Shown in pieces: positions 10,250 to 19,186 of a DNA stretch of 64,000 nt (positions within the stretch are counted from its first letter, which is position 1; every line of letters starts with the position of its first letter). Made by a program: the position numbers and the translations under genes. Below the pieces are notes generated by a model. That model saw only the letters and a program-made list of their open reading frames with translations. It did not search any database and had not been told where the DNA came from. This DNA comes from Candidatus Omnitrophota bacterium (GTDB lineage: Bacteria; Omnitrophota; Gorgyraeia; Zapsychrales; Zapsychraceae), in assembly GCA_023247445.1 (NCBI GenBank), contig JAHFGL010000004.1, positions 1,520 to 65,519 of the forward strand. Reading direction: 5' to 3'.

Positions 10250-11131
10250 ATGATAAAACTTCATTTTAAAAAGATGATGCACACATCCCAGGGGCAAGAG
10301 TGGCTCGATGTTGATTTAAAAGTCGAGAAGGGAGGCTTTTCTACGTTTTTTGGCGAATCCGGAGCTGGGAAGACGACGCTACTGCGCATTGTCGCTGGAT
10401 TAACCGATCCAGCCGAAGGATATATTGAAGTCGATGGTGAAGTTTGGTTTGATAGTAAGCGGAAGATTAATCTTCCTGTTCAACAAAGAAAGGTTGGATT
10501 TGTTTTTCAGGACTACAGTCTCTTCCCTAATATGACAGTTCGCGAGAATATTCGATATGCGTTAGCTGACAAAAATCAGGAAAATATTATTGATGGGTGG
10601 TTAGCCGCGATGGATTTAAAAGGATTAGAACACGAGCGTCCACAAAAAATATCGGGAGGACAAAAGCAAAGGGTGGCTTTGGTTCGCGCGCTTGTCAGTA
10701 GTCCCAAAATTTTATTATTAGATGAGCCGTTGTCTGCTTTAGATGTCAACCTACGTTTAAAACTTCAGGATGAAATTCTTAAAATTTATCAAAAGACGAA
10801 GATCACAACGATCCTGGTGAGCCACGATTTGTCGGAGGTCTTCAAATTGTCGCAACGGGTTTTGGTTTTAGAACAAGGCAAGATTGTCAAATCCGGTCAA
10901 CCGCACGAAGTGTTCAGCAATCAAAATTTAAGTGGAAAGTTTAAGTTTGTAGGAACGATTGTTGATATCCAAAAAGATGCGATCCTCTCTATAATAACGG
11001 TTCAGATTGGAAATAATTTAACAAAAGTGGTGGCAACCGATGAAGAGTTGAAAGATTTAAAGGTAGGGGATAAAGTGGTCGTTGCTTCAAAGGCATTTAA
11101 CCCGCTTTTGATGAAATATGACGGTCGTTAA
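10250..11131 (+). CDS. modC: Molybdate ABC transporter ATPase with TOBE domain
   Basis: GESGAGKT, ISGGQKQR, LLLDEP, plus operon context. Confidence 0.93.
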   Translation: MIKLHFKKMMHTSQGQEWLDVDLKVEKGGFSTFFGESGAGKTTLLRIVAGLTDPAEGYIEVDGEVWFDSKRKINLPVQQRKVGFVFQDYSLFPNMTVRENIRYALADKNQENIIDGWLAAMDLKGLEHERPQKISGGQKQRVALVRALVSSPKILLLDEPLSALDVNLRLKLQDEILKIYQKTKITTILVSHDLSEVFKLSQRVLVLEQGKIVKSGQPHEVFSNQNLSGKFKFVGTIVDIQKDAILSIITVQIGNNLTKVVATDEELKDLKVGDKVVVASKAFNPLLMKYDGR

Positions 11132-11227
11132 GCTGGGTAGAGAAAATATTGAATTTTTCTTTGCATACGAGTGTTTTTATATTATATTGCGAATGATTCT
11201 TCCAGTAGGAACTCAAACAAAATTCAA

Positions 11228-11560
11228 ATGATCAGAAATCTAAAAATTTATTTAATGGTGGTTGCTTTAGGAGTTGTTGGAATTTTAATCCCTTCCACTA
11301 CGTTTTCCCAAGCAGAAAATGTGCAGGTTGTTGGCGACAAGGAATTGTCTGGAGAAGTTCTTTCTGTTGATTCGGTTGAATCGGTCATTGTCGTTAAATA
11401 TCTTATCGATGAAAAAAGTGAAGCTTACGAAGCCGAGTTGTTTAAGGTTGGACCGACAACGGATATTTCAAAAGTTAAAGTGGGAGATCGCGTGCAGTTA
11501 AGTTATTCCCAGAATTCAGAAGGAACCAAGACATTAAATTCTTTAAGGATTGAAAAATAA
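11228..11560 (+). CDS. Small exported hypothetical protein (OB-fold-like)
   Basis: Signal peptide followed by a beta-rich pattern (GEVLSVD...KVGDRVQLSY). Start is uncertain. Confidence 0.65.
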   Translation: MIRNLKIYLMVVALGVVGILIPSTTFSQAENVQVVGDKELSGEVLSVDSVESVIVVKYLIDEKSEAYEAELFKVGPTTDISKVKVGDRVQLSYSQNSEGTKTLNSLRIEK

Positions 11561-11597
11561 ATCTTAATAACAAGTTAAATAGATGGAGAAAGAAGGC

Positions 11598-12065
11598 ATG
11601 AAAAAAGAAATGATTCTAACGGTTGTAATCGCAACAGCATTTTTAATTGGATGTTCACAAAAACCAAAAGAAGAGTCGATGCTAGATGCTGATAAAATTT
11701 TAGAAAATCAAGTGATAGCGCCGACACCGGTTGCTGGGGTTCAACAGCCGATGGTTGAAGGACAACAACCGATCGCGATGGACAATACCGCCACTATGGA
11801 GCAAGCTGCTGAACCGATGGCCGCAGTTGCCGAAGTAACCACACCAACAGCCATGGATATTCAGCAGGCCTTAAAGAATGCTGAATTTTATAATGGAAAA
11901 GTCGATGGAGATATTGGCCCCAGAACCAAAAAGGCGATCAGAGAATTTCAGGCCAAAAATGATTTAGCCGCCGATGGTAAGGTTGGACGTAAGACATGGG
12001 CAAAGCTTGCACCCTATCTTAACCAAGCCCCAGAACCGACAACGACAACAGATATCTCGAATTAA
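11598..12065 (+). CDS. Lipoprotein with C-terminal peptidoglycan-binding domain
   Basis: Lipobox LIGC; IQQALK..FYNGKVDGDIGPRTKKAIREFQ...DGKVGRKTW. Confidence 0.9.
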   Translation: MKKEMILTVVIATAFLIGCSQKPKEESMLDADKILENQVIAPTPVAGVQQPMVEGQQPIAMDNTATMEQAAEPMAAVAEVTTPTAMDIQQALKNAEFYNGKVDGDIGPRTKKAIREFQAKNDLAADGKVGRKTWAKLAPYLNQAPEPTTTTDISN

Positions 12066-12406
12066 TAATTTCGAATTGTCGAATTAGCAAAATCCAGATT
12101 TAGAGATAAGTAGCCCTTAATCCCAGAGATATTCTCCCTCCAAAGAAGAGAGCCTTCGGATTTAAATCATTCTTTATTTTTAGGATCAATGCTATAATTC
12201 GTCCATTGCATTATTCTAATTTTAATAACTTTGTATTAGGACAGCAACCTTATCGGCGATATCTAGTCGGATTGTGTTTAATTATTCGGCCATTTAAGCG
12301 TGAATAGAAGAATTTTATTGGATAATTATCCGATTGAATTTTTTAAATCATTTAGTATCATATATCTATTAATAATAAGAAAAATTCTTAAGGAGAGGTT
12401 CCTATC

Positions 12407-13423
12407 ATGCGAAATAAATTTTTATTTGTTCTAACGATGTTTGCGTTTTTGACAAGCTCGGCATTTACATTTAACAAAGGGAAACTGACGATTGATAAGA
12501 CCCAGCGAGAGGAAAAGCGAAAGCAAGAGTTAGATCAAATGCAAAAGGAATTTGAATGGTGGCCAACTGATGCCAAGCCTGCGCCGGTTAAAGATCCTGA
12601 GCAGGGAGGGTATTGGTGGTGGCCAGATGCCCCAGGGCAAGCGCGTCCGTGGGGAAATCGTGGTTATATTTATGTTTACCGAATTATTTATGATTATAAA
12701 GCCGAAGATAAATATGAAGAAGAAGTAGCCCAGCCTGTGGAACCAACACCCACGCCAGCCGCACCTGAACTGAAACCATCCTTACTAGTTAAGAAAATTT
12801 TAAAGAATGTAAAAATTTATTTTGATTATAACAAAGCTGATATACGCCCCGATCACACCGCTATTTTGGAAAAAGCGATCAAGACTTTACAGCATAATCC
12901 ACAGGCGAGCATCCTGATCACAGGCAATTGCGATACCCGTGGGTCCGTCGAATATAATCAAAAGCTAGGTAAGAAACGTGGTGAAGTTATTAAAGAATAT
13001 ATGCTTAGCCACGGAATCGCGGAAGATCGTGTCAAAATCATTAGCCGTGGGAAATTGGATGCGGTTGCTTCCATCACTGATTTAGTGGGGATGCAGAAGG
13101 ATCGTAACGCCCAATTTATGGTTGCGGAAGTGGAAGAAGTGATGATTCCCAATTTTGAGCAAGAACAAGGCGAGGATGCCAAGGCCGCCACAAAAGTTGA
13201 AGAAGGAAAATATTTAATTGAAAAAGAAGAAAAGGTTGATTCCGCGGTTCAGGTTTCAACCAAAGAATATGTGATCCAGAAAAATGATTCTCTCTGGAAA
13301 ATTGCCAAAAACGAGTTGGGGAGTGGTCATCGTTGGAAGTATCTTTATGAATTTAATAAAGAGCGCATTAAGAATCCAAATAAATTAAAGGCCGGGACAA
13401 AGATTTTGATTCCGGTTGAATAG
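12407..13423 (+). CDS. Exported OmpA-C-like + LysM domain protein
   Basis: Signal peptide, IYFDYNKA...ITGNCDTRGSVEYNQKL, C-terminal YVIQKNDSLWKIA...IKNPNKL. GGAG RBS. Confidence 0.9.
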   Translation: MRNKFLFVLTMFAFLTSSAFTFNKGKLTIDKTQREEKRKQELDQMQKEFEWWPTDAKPAPVKDPEQGGYWWWPDAPGQARPWGNRGYIYVYRIIYDYKAEDKYEEEVAQPVEPTPTPAAPELKPSLLVKKILKNVKIYFDYNKADIRPDHTAILEKAIKTLQHNPQASILITGNCDTRGSVEYNQKLGKKRGEVIKEYMLSHGIAEDRVKIISRGKLDAVASITDLVGMQKDRNAQFMVAEVEEVMIPNFEQEQGEDAKAATKVEEGKYLIEKEEKVDSAVQVSTKEYVIQKNDSLWKIAKNELGSGHRWKYLYEFNKERIKNPNKLKAGTKILIPVE

Positions 13424-13432
13424 AGATAGTTT

Positions 13433-13717
13433 ATGAAGAAGATATTTCTTCTAACATTGGTTCTTTGTTGCGTGGCCAGCTTATCTGTCGAGAGTTTTGC
13501 GCAATTAAGTCGTGATATTGAATATTATAAGGGCAAGATTATCCACATGGATAAGAAAGCCAATACGATTACGGTTCAAAGAGCCGATGGAGCCAAGCGG
13601 ATTTTTGATATCAGTGCGGCAAGACATCCAGACTTAGCAGGTAATGAATTAGTCATTGTTATTGTTCCTTTGGGAACTGATAAAGCCATTAATGTAAAAA
13701 TATCAATACGGCAATAA
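13433..13717 (+). CDS. Small exported hypothetical protein
   Basis: Signal peptide; tight operon spacing. Confidence 0.7.
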   Translation: MKKIFLLTLVLCCVASLSVESFAQLSRDIEYYKGKIIHMDKKANTITVQRADGAKRIFDISAARHPDLAGNELVIVIVPLGTDKAINVKISIRQ

Positions 13718-13721
13718 ATGA

Positions 13722-14306
13722 ATGTTTGAAACTTTTCTTTTAGCCTTTATTCCGCTATTTGTTACCGTTGATGCGATAGGGACGTTGCCCATCTTTATTG
13801 TCCTGACGCAAAATCTAAAACAACAAGATAAAAAACGTATTATCGTTCAGTCGGTCATAACCGCCCTTTGCGTGGCCATCGGGTTTCTGGCGATTGGAAA
13901 GTTTGTCTTTAAAGTTTTAGGCATCACGATGGCTGATTTTATGATCGCTGGTGGTGTCATTCTTCTTTGTATCGCGATTGTCGATTTAATCAAACCAGAA
14001 AAATATCGTCAAGACATCTCGATCGAAGAGTTGGGGGCCGTTCCTTTGGGAACGCCGCTTATTGTTGGCCCGGCTGTTCTTGCCACGTCTTTGATGATTA
14101 TGAATCAATACGGCTTGGTGATGACGGTGCTATCTTTGGTGACAAATATTTTGCTAACAGGTTTTGTTTTTTTACAATCTGAAGTATTAATTAAATTTTT
14201 AGGTAAAGCGGGGTCAAACGCTTTATCGAGAGTCATGGCGGTTTTGCTGGCGGCAATTGCGGTCATGATGATTCGTAAAGGAATTTTCTTGATTGCAGCA
14301 GTATAA
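13722..14306 (+). CDS. MarC family membrane protein
   Basis: LFVTVDAIG, FMIAGG, VPLGTPLIVGPA; six TM segments. Confidence 0.92.
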   Translation: MFETFLLAFIPLFVTVDAIGTLPIFIVLTQNLKQQDKKRIIVQSVITALCVAIGFLAIGKFVFKVLGITMADFMIAGGVILLCIAIVDLIKPEKYRQDISIEELGAVPLGTPLIVGPAVLATSLMIMNQYGLVMTVLSLVTNILLTGFVFLQSEVLIKFLGKAGSNALSRVMAVLLAAIAVMMIRKGIFLIAAV

Positions 14307-14381
14307 AAAGGTATATTCTTTGCCCGTTGAAGATTTTTAATAAATCTAAAACGGGTATAATTTTGAAACCCACTGAATTTT

Positions 14382-14933
14382 ATGCACGATCAAGTTTATT
14401 CATATGTTATTATTCCTGCGCTGATTTTTTTGGCTAGAATTTGCGATGTGACGATTGGCACTGTGCGGATTATGCTTGTTGCCCGCGGTAAGAAGGTGAT
14501 TGCGCCAGTCTTGGGTTTTATTGAAATGATGATTTGGGCGCTGGTCATTCGTCAGCTGATGACCAGTGGCTTATCTAATTGGGTTTGTTTTATTGCTTTT
14601 GCGGGTGGCTTTGCCGTCGGCAATTACGTTGGGATGTATATTGAAGAAAAGCTGGCGATGGGGCTACAGGTTATTCGTATCATTACGCAGAAAGATGCGC
14701 ATCATTTGTTAATTGATCAGTTAAAGTCAGAAGGTTATGGCCTCACGATTGTTGATGCGCAAGGGGCCAATGGTAAAGTTAATCTTATCTTTACCGTTGT
14801 TAAACGTTCTGACCAGCAAAAGGTTATTAATATCGTTCAACAATTTAATCCGAATGCGTTTTATTCTGTTGAAGATATTCGTGCGGTTGGGAAGGGGATT
14901 TTTCCTTCGTCGAAAAACTTGTTAAACATTTAA
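14382..14933 (+). CDS. UPF0316/DUF2179 family membrane protein
   Basis: IFLARICDVTIGTVR, GFAVGNYVG, FNPNAFYSVED. Confidence 0.88.
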   Translation: MHDQVYSYVIIPALIFLARICDVTIGTVRIMLVARGKKVIAPVLGFIEMMIWALVIRQLMTSGLSNWVCFIAFAGGFAVGNYVGMYIEEKLAMGLQVIRIITQKDAHHLLIDQLKSEGYGLTIVDAQGANGKVNLIFTVVKRSDQQKVINIVQQFNPNAFYSVEDIRAVGKGIFPSSKNLLNI

Positions 14934-14951
14934 AAATTCTAGGAGTTGTGA

Positions 14952-16706
14952 ATGAACATTGGATCATTTAAATTTTTGGAAAATAAGATTGTGCTACGTT
15001 TTAACCTGCGTATCTGTGAAACGGCGGAAGAACTCTTGGAGAGTTCTTTGTTTAAAGAAGTGCTCACAAGATCGCTTGATGAATTGTCTCAGCGCAATTC
15101 CTTTCTTCTTAATATTTTTGACGGTCACAAAACTGACGACCAGCAAATTAATGATTTAATAAAAACATTTCAATTCTTATCAAAAATGCCAGGGACGCTG
15201 GTTCCTAACGTCGTTAAAGGTTCACAGCGGTTCTTGAAAGATCCGCATTTGCTTAATGATTTTGTTGAGTACTTATACAATTATTGGCGTAGATATGATC
15301 GTTTTCTTATTTGTGATTCAACGCAGAATGATTTAGATAAAAGTTCTTACCGTACGTTTAATGCAAGCGTCGGAGAGTTGACCAATTTAATTCGTGGGGT
15401 TTACCGTGATATTCAAGAGAATATTATCGGACATCATCCGCGTATTTATCGACAGGTTAGCGCCGGTGCTGAAGTTGCGACGATTTCAATCGACAAGCAA
15501 ATTACGTTTCCAAGCGCCAATTACAATAAGCTCAACAAAGTCCCGATGATTCGTCAGGTATTATTACATCCACCGCTAATTCTTAATCCACCAATGAATA
15601 AACGATCAGGCAAGTTCCAGCGGATTCCCACGAATCCACTAGATGTGGTTGATATTAATAGAGAAGAGTGGCTGTGCTATCCGGCCAAAGTTGGAGAACT
15701 CGTTATTTTAATTTATTTCCACAATAAATTCTTGGATCTTGGGTTTTCGCTGTGCAACTTATTTCAATTAGCGGAAGATGAAGATTTAAACAAAAAACCC
15801 GATGCCGTTTATGTGTTTGGTGTGGCTCCGGGCTCCTTAAATCAATTTGGTGATTTTCCGACGGTTTTTTACGATGATGAAGCCAATGACCTTTTGGTTG
15901 GCGCCGTGCCTAATGACAATCAATTTGGTTATTTTGGATATTTAAAGAAAATGGTTTTGACCCTGCACAATATTATAATGATGAAAAAGGGAAGACTTCC
16001 TTTTCATGGCGCGTTGGTGCGTATTATTTTAAAAGGCAACCGTGATGTAACCATTTTATTTATTGGTGATACAGGAGCCGGAAAGTCCGAGACGCTCGAA
16101 GCCTTCCGCGAGCTTGGTTATGATAAGATTCAAGACATTATTATCATTGCTGATGACATGGGGTCGCTTGATATCGACGGCGATGGCAACATCATTGGAT
16201 ATGGAACAGAAATCGGCGCATTCTTACGACTTGATGATTTGCAGCCAGGATATGCGCTGGGCCAAATCGACCGCGCGATTATTATGAGCGCCAATCAAGT
16301 CAATGCCCGCATCATTTTGCCGGTTACTTCCTATGACAATGTCATTAAGGGCCGCAAGATCGATTATATTTTATACGCCAACAACTATGACCAAATTGAT
16401 GACGAACATCCGATTATTGAACGCGTGACGGATGTCGAAAAAGCTTTGAATATTTTCCGCGAAGGAACGGTTATGAGTAAGGGAACCACAACCACAACCG
16501 GTCTGGTTCATTCCTATTTTGCCAATGTCTTTGGCCCACCGCAGTACAAGGAAATTCACGAAGGGCTTGCGCATAAATTTTTTAATGCTTTTTTTAAGAA
16601 TGGCGTTTTTGTCGGACAGATGCGCACCCGTCTAGGATTAGTCGGCGCGGAACGTGAAGGCCCTATTGAAGCCGCTAAAGAATTATTAGAAGTTTTGCAG
16701 AAATAA
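14952..16706 (+). CDS. Phosphoenolpyruvate carboxykinase-like protein with N-terminal helical extension
   Basis: YFGYLKK, LPFHGA, P-loop GDTGAGKSE and kinase-2 IIADD. AGGAG RBS. Confidence 0.75.
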   Translation: MNIGSFKFLENKIVLRFNLRICETAEELLESSLFKEVLTRSLDELSQRNSFLLNIFDGHKTDDQQINDLIKTFQFLSKMPGTLVPNVVKGSQRFLKDPHLLNDFVEYLYNYWRRYDRFLICDSTQNDLDKSSYRTFNASVGELTNLIRGVYRDIQENIIGHHPRIYRQVSAGAEVATISIDKQITFPSANYNKLNKVPMIRQVLLHPPLILNPPMNKRSGKFQRIPTNPLDVVDINREEWLCYPAKVGELVILIYFHNKFLDLGFSLCNLFQLAEDEDLNKKPDAVYVFGVAPGSLNQFGDFPTVFYDDEANDLLVGAVPNDNQFGYFGYLKKMVLTLHNIIMMKKGRLPFHGALVRIILKGNRDVTILFIGDTGAGKSETLEAFRELGYDKIQDIIIIADDMGSLDIDGDGNIIGYGTEIGAFLRLDDLQPGYALGQIDRAIIMSANQVNARIILPVTSYDNVIKGRKIDYILYANNYDQIDDEHPIIERVTDVEKALNIFREGTVMSKGTTTTTGLVHSYFANVFGPPQYKEIHEGLAHKFFNAFFKNGVFVGQMRTRLGLVGAEREGPIEAAKELLEVLQK

Positions 16707-16872
16707 TTCTTTACTATATTTTTTATTTAGTGCTAGAATACCAACAGATTGAAGGTCTTAGTACTTCATAAGTTTGTTCTTCCTCACATCCGGCAAAAAT
16801 AGTTGTAACAAATCCTGCACATCTTGGTTGAGCAAGGTTTTAAAAATTGCATAACTTGAAATAAGGAAAGCA

Positions 16873-17910
16873 ATGAACCCAGCCAATCAACCAAACAACA
16901 ATCACACCCCTGCCAATGAAGTCGAACACCAAAAACTCGAACATCTCCTCAGCATAGAAGAAGGTCTTAATTCCATCTCGCATATCGATCGGTTAATTGA
17001 TTTTATTGTTCAAAAGACAAGCCTCGTGCTTCAAGCCCAGCGATGTTCTCTGATGTTCCTTGATGAAAACACACAGGAACTCTGTATTAAAGGACACTGT
17101 GGTTTAGGTGAGGAAATCGTCCGGCAGAGCCGTATCAAATTGGGGAGTCCAATCGCTGGGCTTGTCGCTGAGGATGGAAAACCGATTCTGGTCACCGACA
17201 TCGAGCGCGATTATCGTTTTGCCAGAAAAAGTAAAAAATATTATCTGGGGAAATCATTTATCTGTGTGCCGATTCAATTAAAGAAACGTATGATGGGGGT
17301 TATTAATGTTGCGGATAAACATTCACAAGAGGGAGATGTTTTTACCGCGTTTGATTTAAAGATTCTTTCAATGATTGCCCGGCAAGTCGCAACATCGATT
17401 GAAGTGGCTAAATTGTATCGTGAAATAAATTATTTAAATATCTTAGACCCCATCACCAATCTTTTTAATTATCGATATTTTGTTAAGAGTCTTGATCAAG
17501 AGATCAGTCGGCTGCAACGTTATTCGGGATCTTTATGTTTACTCTTAATTGACATCGATGATTTTAAAGCCTACAACGATCTTTTTGGTTATCGAGAAGG
17601 TAACGCTTTACTTAAACAAATTGGACAGGTTCTCAACGAGAATTTCCGAGATGCTGATATTGCCTGTCGTTACGCGGGGGATGAATTTGCGATTATCCTC
17701 CCTGAGACGCGGGTCGATGAAGCGCAAACCGTGGTGGAGAAAATCAATCGGATCGTTGGGGACCTGTCGCTTCAAAAGAAAATTACCTTTAGCGCCGGCA
17801 TCGCCAAGTATGCCGCCGGCATGCATCGATATGATTTGATTATGAAAGCCGAAGCCGCGCTTTTTGATGCCAAGCGCGAAGGCAAAAACCGCGTTTTAAG
17901 CTACGATTAA
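16873..17910 (+). CDS. GAF-GGDEF diguanylate cyclase
   Basis: GAF domain, DPITNLFN, DIDDFKAYND, I-site RDAD, AGDEF variant, AKREGKNR. Confidence 0.92.
   Translation: MNPANQPNNNHTPANEVEHQKLEHLLSIEEGLNSISHIDRLIDFIVQKTSLVLQAQRCSLMFLDENTQELCIKGHCGLGEEIVRQSRIKLGSPIAGLVAEDGKPILVTDIERDYRFARKSKKYYLGKSFICVPIQLKKRMMGVINVADKHSQEGDVFTAFDLKILSMIARQVATSIEVAKLYREINYLNILDPITNLFNYRYFVKSLDQEISRLQRYSGSLCLLLIDIDDFKAYNDLFGYREGNALLKQIGQVLNENFRDADIACRYAGDEFAIILPETRVDEAQTVVEKINRIVGDLSLQKKITFSAGIAKYAAGMHRYDLIMKAEAALFDAKREGKNRVLSYD
17869..17910 (+). repeat. 42-bp direct repeat, copy 1 (3' end of the GGDEF gene)
   Basis: GCCAAGCGCGAAGGCAAAAACCGCGTTTTAAGCTACGATTAA, identical to 19101-19142. Confidence 0.97.
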
Positions 17911-17975
17911 CTCCTTTCCCAATTTATGCGCAACGAAATTTAATCAGCGTTAAAGAGCAGGGCCTCTACCAAAGG

Positions 17976-18044
17976 TTGACATCACTTTAAAGAATGCTAT
18001 ACTTGCACATGTAAGGTTATCCTTACACATGTTAGGTAAACCAT
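17976..18044 (+). promoter_or_regulatory. Sigma70 promoter and probable operator of the MNT-HEPN operon
   Basis: TTGACA (17976), 16-nt spacer ending in TGc, TATACT (17998). The inverted repeat TGTAAGG-ttat-CCTTACA (18010-18027) is followed by a degenerate second copy. Confidence 0.8.
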
Positions 18045-18677
18045 ATGATCTCATCGCCATTTCAAATACATGAAGTCATTGATTCACCCTCTAAGGTGGC
18101 TATTTTAAGGGTTTTAGCTTCGCGTAAGGGTCTTAAGGCCACGGGTCGAGAGATAGCCAAGTTAGCTGGCTTTTCTGTGCCATCAACGCACGACTCCTTA
18201 AAAGCTCTACATGAACGTAATATTCTAAATCTTGAAATTATCGGTAAACAGCATATTTACTCGTTAAATGAAGACGATCGTCTGGTCCAGAAAATTATCC
18301 GGCCTATGTTTGCGGCCGAAGGGGGGATCAAGGATGAGATATGCAATTTTCTTTTGACTGAAATCAAGAAAGCTGGAATTAAACGAGAGATTGTTTCCTT
18401 GATCCTTTATGGAAGTGCTCAAAGGGGACTGGCCGTGAAAAATAGTGATGTTGATGTGGCCGTTATTGTTGATAGATTGGCCAATGTCAGTAAGGTGGAG
18501 GACATTTTTATCTCAACTATTCAGCCAAGGTTTAAAGCTTACTTTGGTGTCCAGCTTGATCCTTATGTGAAAGCAGCGTCAGAATTTCGCGATTTCTTAA
18601 AGAAGAATTTGCCCCCAGTTTCAACGCTGATTAAATCCTATTCTGTATTAAATGGCAAAGAACCTTTGGAGGTTTAA
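18045..18677 (+). CDS. Winged-HTH + minimal nucleotidyltransferase (MNT) antitoxin
   Basis: N-terminal HTH (TGREIAKLAGFS) and the GS-X10-DXD motif (GSAQRGLAVKNSDVD). Confidence 0.88.
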   Translation: MISSPFQIHEVIDSPSKVAILRVLASRKGLKATGREIAKLAGFSVPSTHDSLKALHERNILNLEIIGKQHIYSLNEDDRLVQKIIRPMFAAEGGIKDEICNFLLTEIKKAGIKREIVSLILYGSAQRGLAVKNSDVDVAVIVDRLANVSKVEDIFISTIQPRFKAYFGVQLDPYVKAASEFRDFLKKNLPPVSTLIKSYSVLNGKEPLEV

Positions 18678-19085
18678 ATGACAGCACGTGATGCAAAGGT
18701 TAGAGAAGAAAGTAAATCGGCCGCCGGAGATTATTTGAAGAAGGCCGCCGATAATTATGACCAAATGCTGGCCGCCTTTCATGCCTCAAATTGGAACGCC
18801 GCAGCGACACTGGCTGTTCAATGTGCAATTTCCTCTGCCGATGCCATTTGTGTTCACGAAAAAGGGATTCGTTCTATTTCCCAAGATCATTTAGATGTCT
18901 GTGATTTGGTTTCAAAGCTCTCTCTTAATGGCGCCGATGAAAAATCCAAGCAGCTTCGTAAAGTGATTGCGCGAAAAAACATGGTTCAATACGAATGTCG
19001 CAGTGTTTACAAGGCTGATGCTGATGAAATGGTAAAAGTTACGACGAGATTTTATCAGTGGGTCAATGAGAAGATGGGGAAGTAA
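18678..19085 (+). CDS. HEPN domain protein (putative toxin)
   Basis: Helical 135-aa protein coupled to the MNT gene. YLKKA...AISSADA...SQDH...RKNMVQY pattern. Confidence 0.82.
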   Translation: MTARDAKVREESKSAAGDYLKKAADNYDQMLAAFHASNWNAAATLAVQCAISSADAICVHEKGIRSISQDHLDVCDLVSKLSLNGADEKSKQLRKVIARKNMVQYECRSVYKADADEMVKVTTRFYQWVNEKMGK

Positions 19086-19100
19086 TTAACCCCAAAGAAG

Positions 19101-19142
19101 GCCAAGCGCGAAGGCAAAAACCGCGTTTTAAGCTACGATTAA
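19101..19142 (+). repeat. 42-bp direct repeat, copy 2
   Basis: Identical to 17869-17910. Confidence 0.97.
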
Positions 19143-19186
19143 TTTCTCTCTTTCCAATTTCCCGACCTTTATTTATAATCTCATCT

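Noticed and set aside
12066-12406. Long intergenic region as ncRNA or riboswitch
   Set aside because: It contains only short AT-rich dyads and no Rfam-like motif that I recognise.
16707-16872. c-di-GMP riboswitch upstream of the GGDEF gene
   Set aside because: GGCAAA is present, but the GNRA tetraloop/receptor and P2 stem are not.
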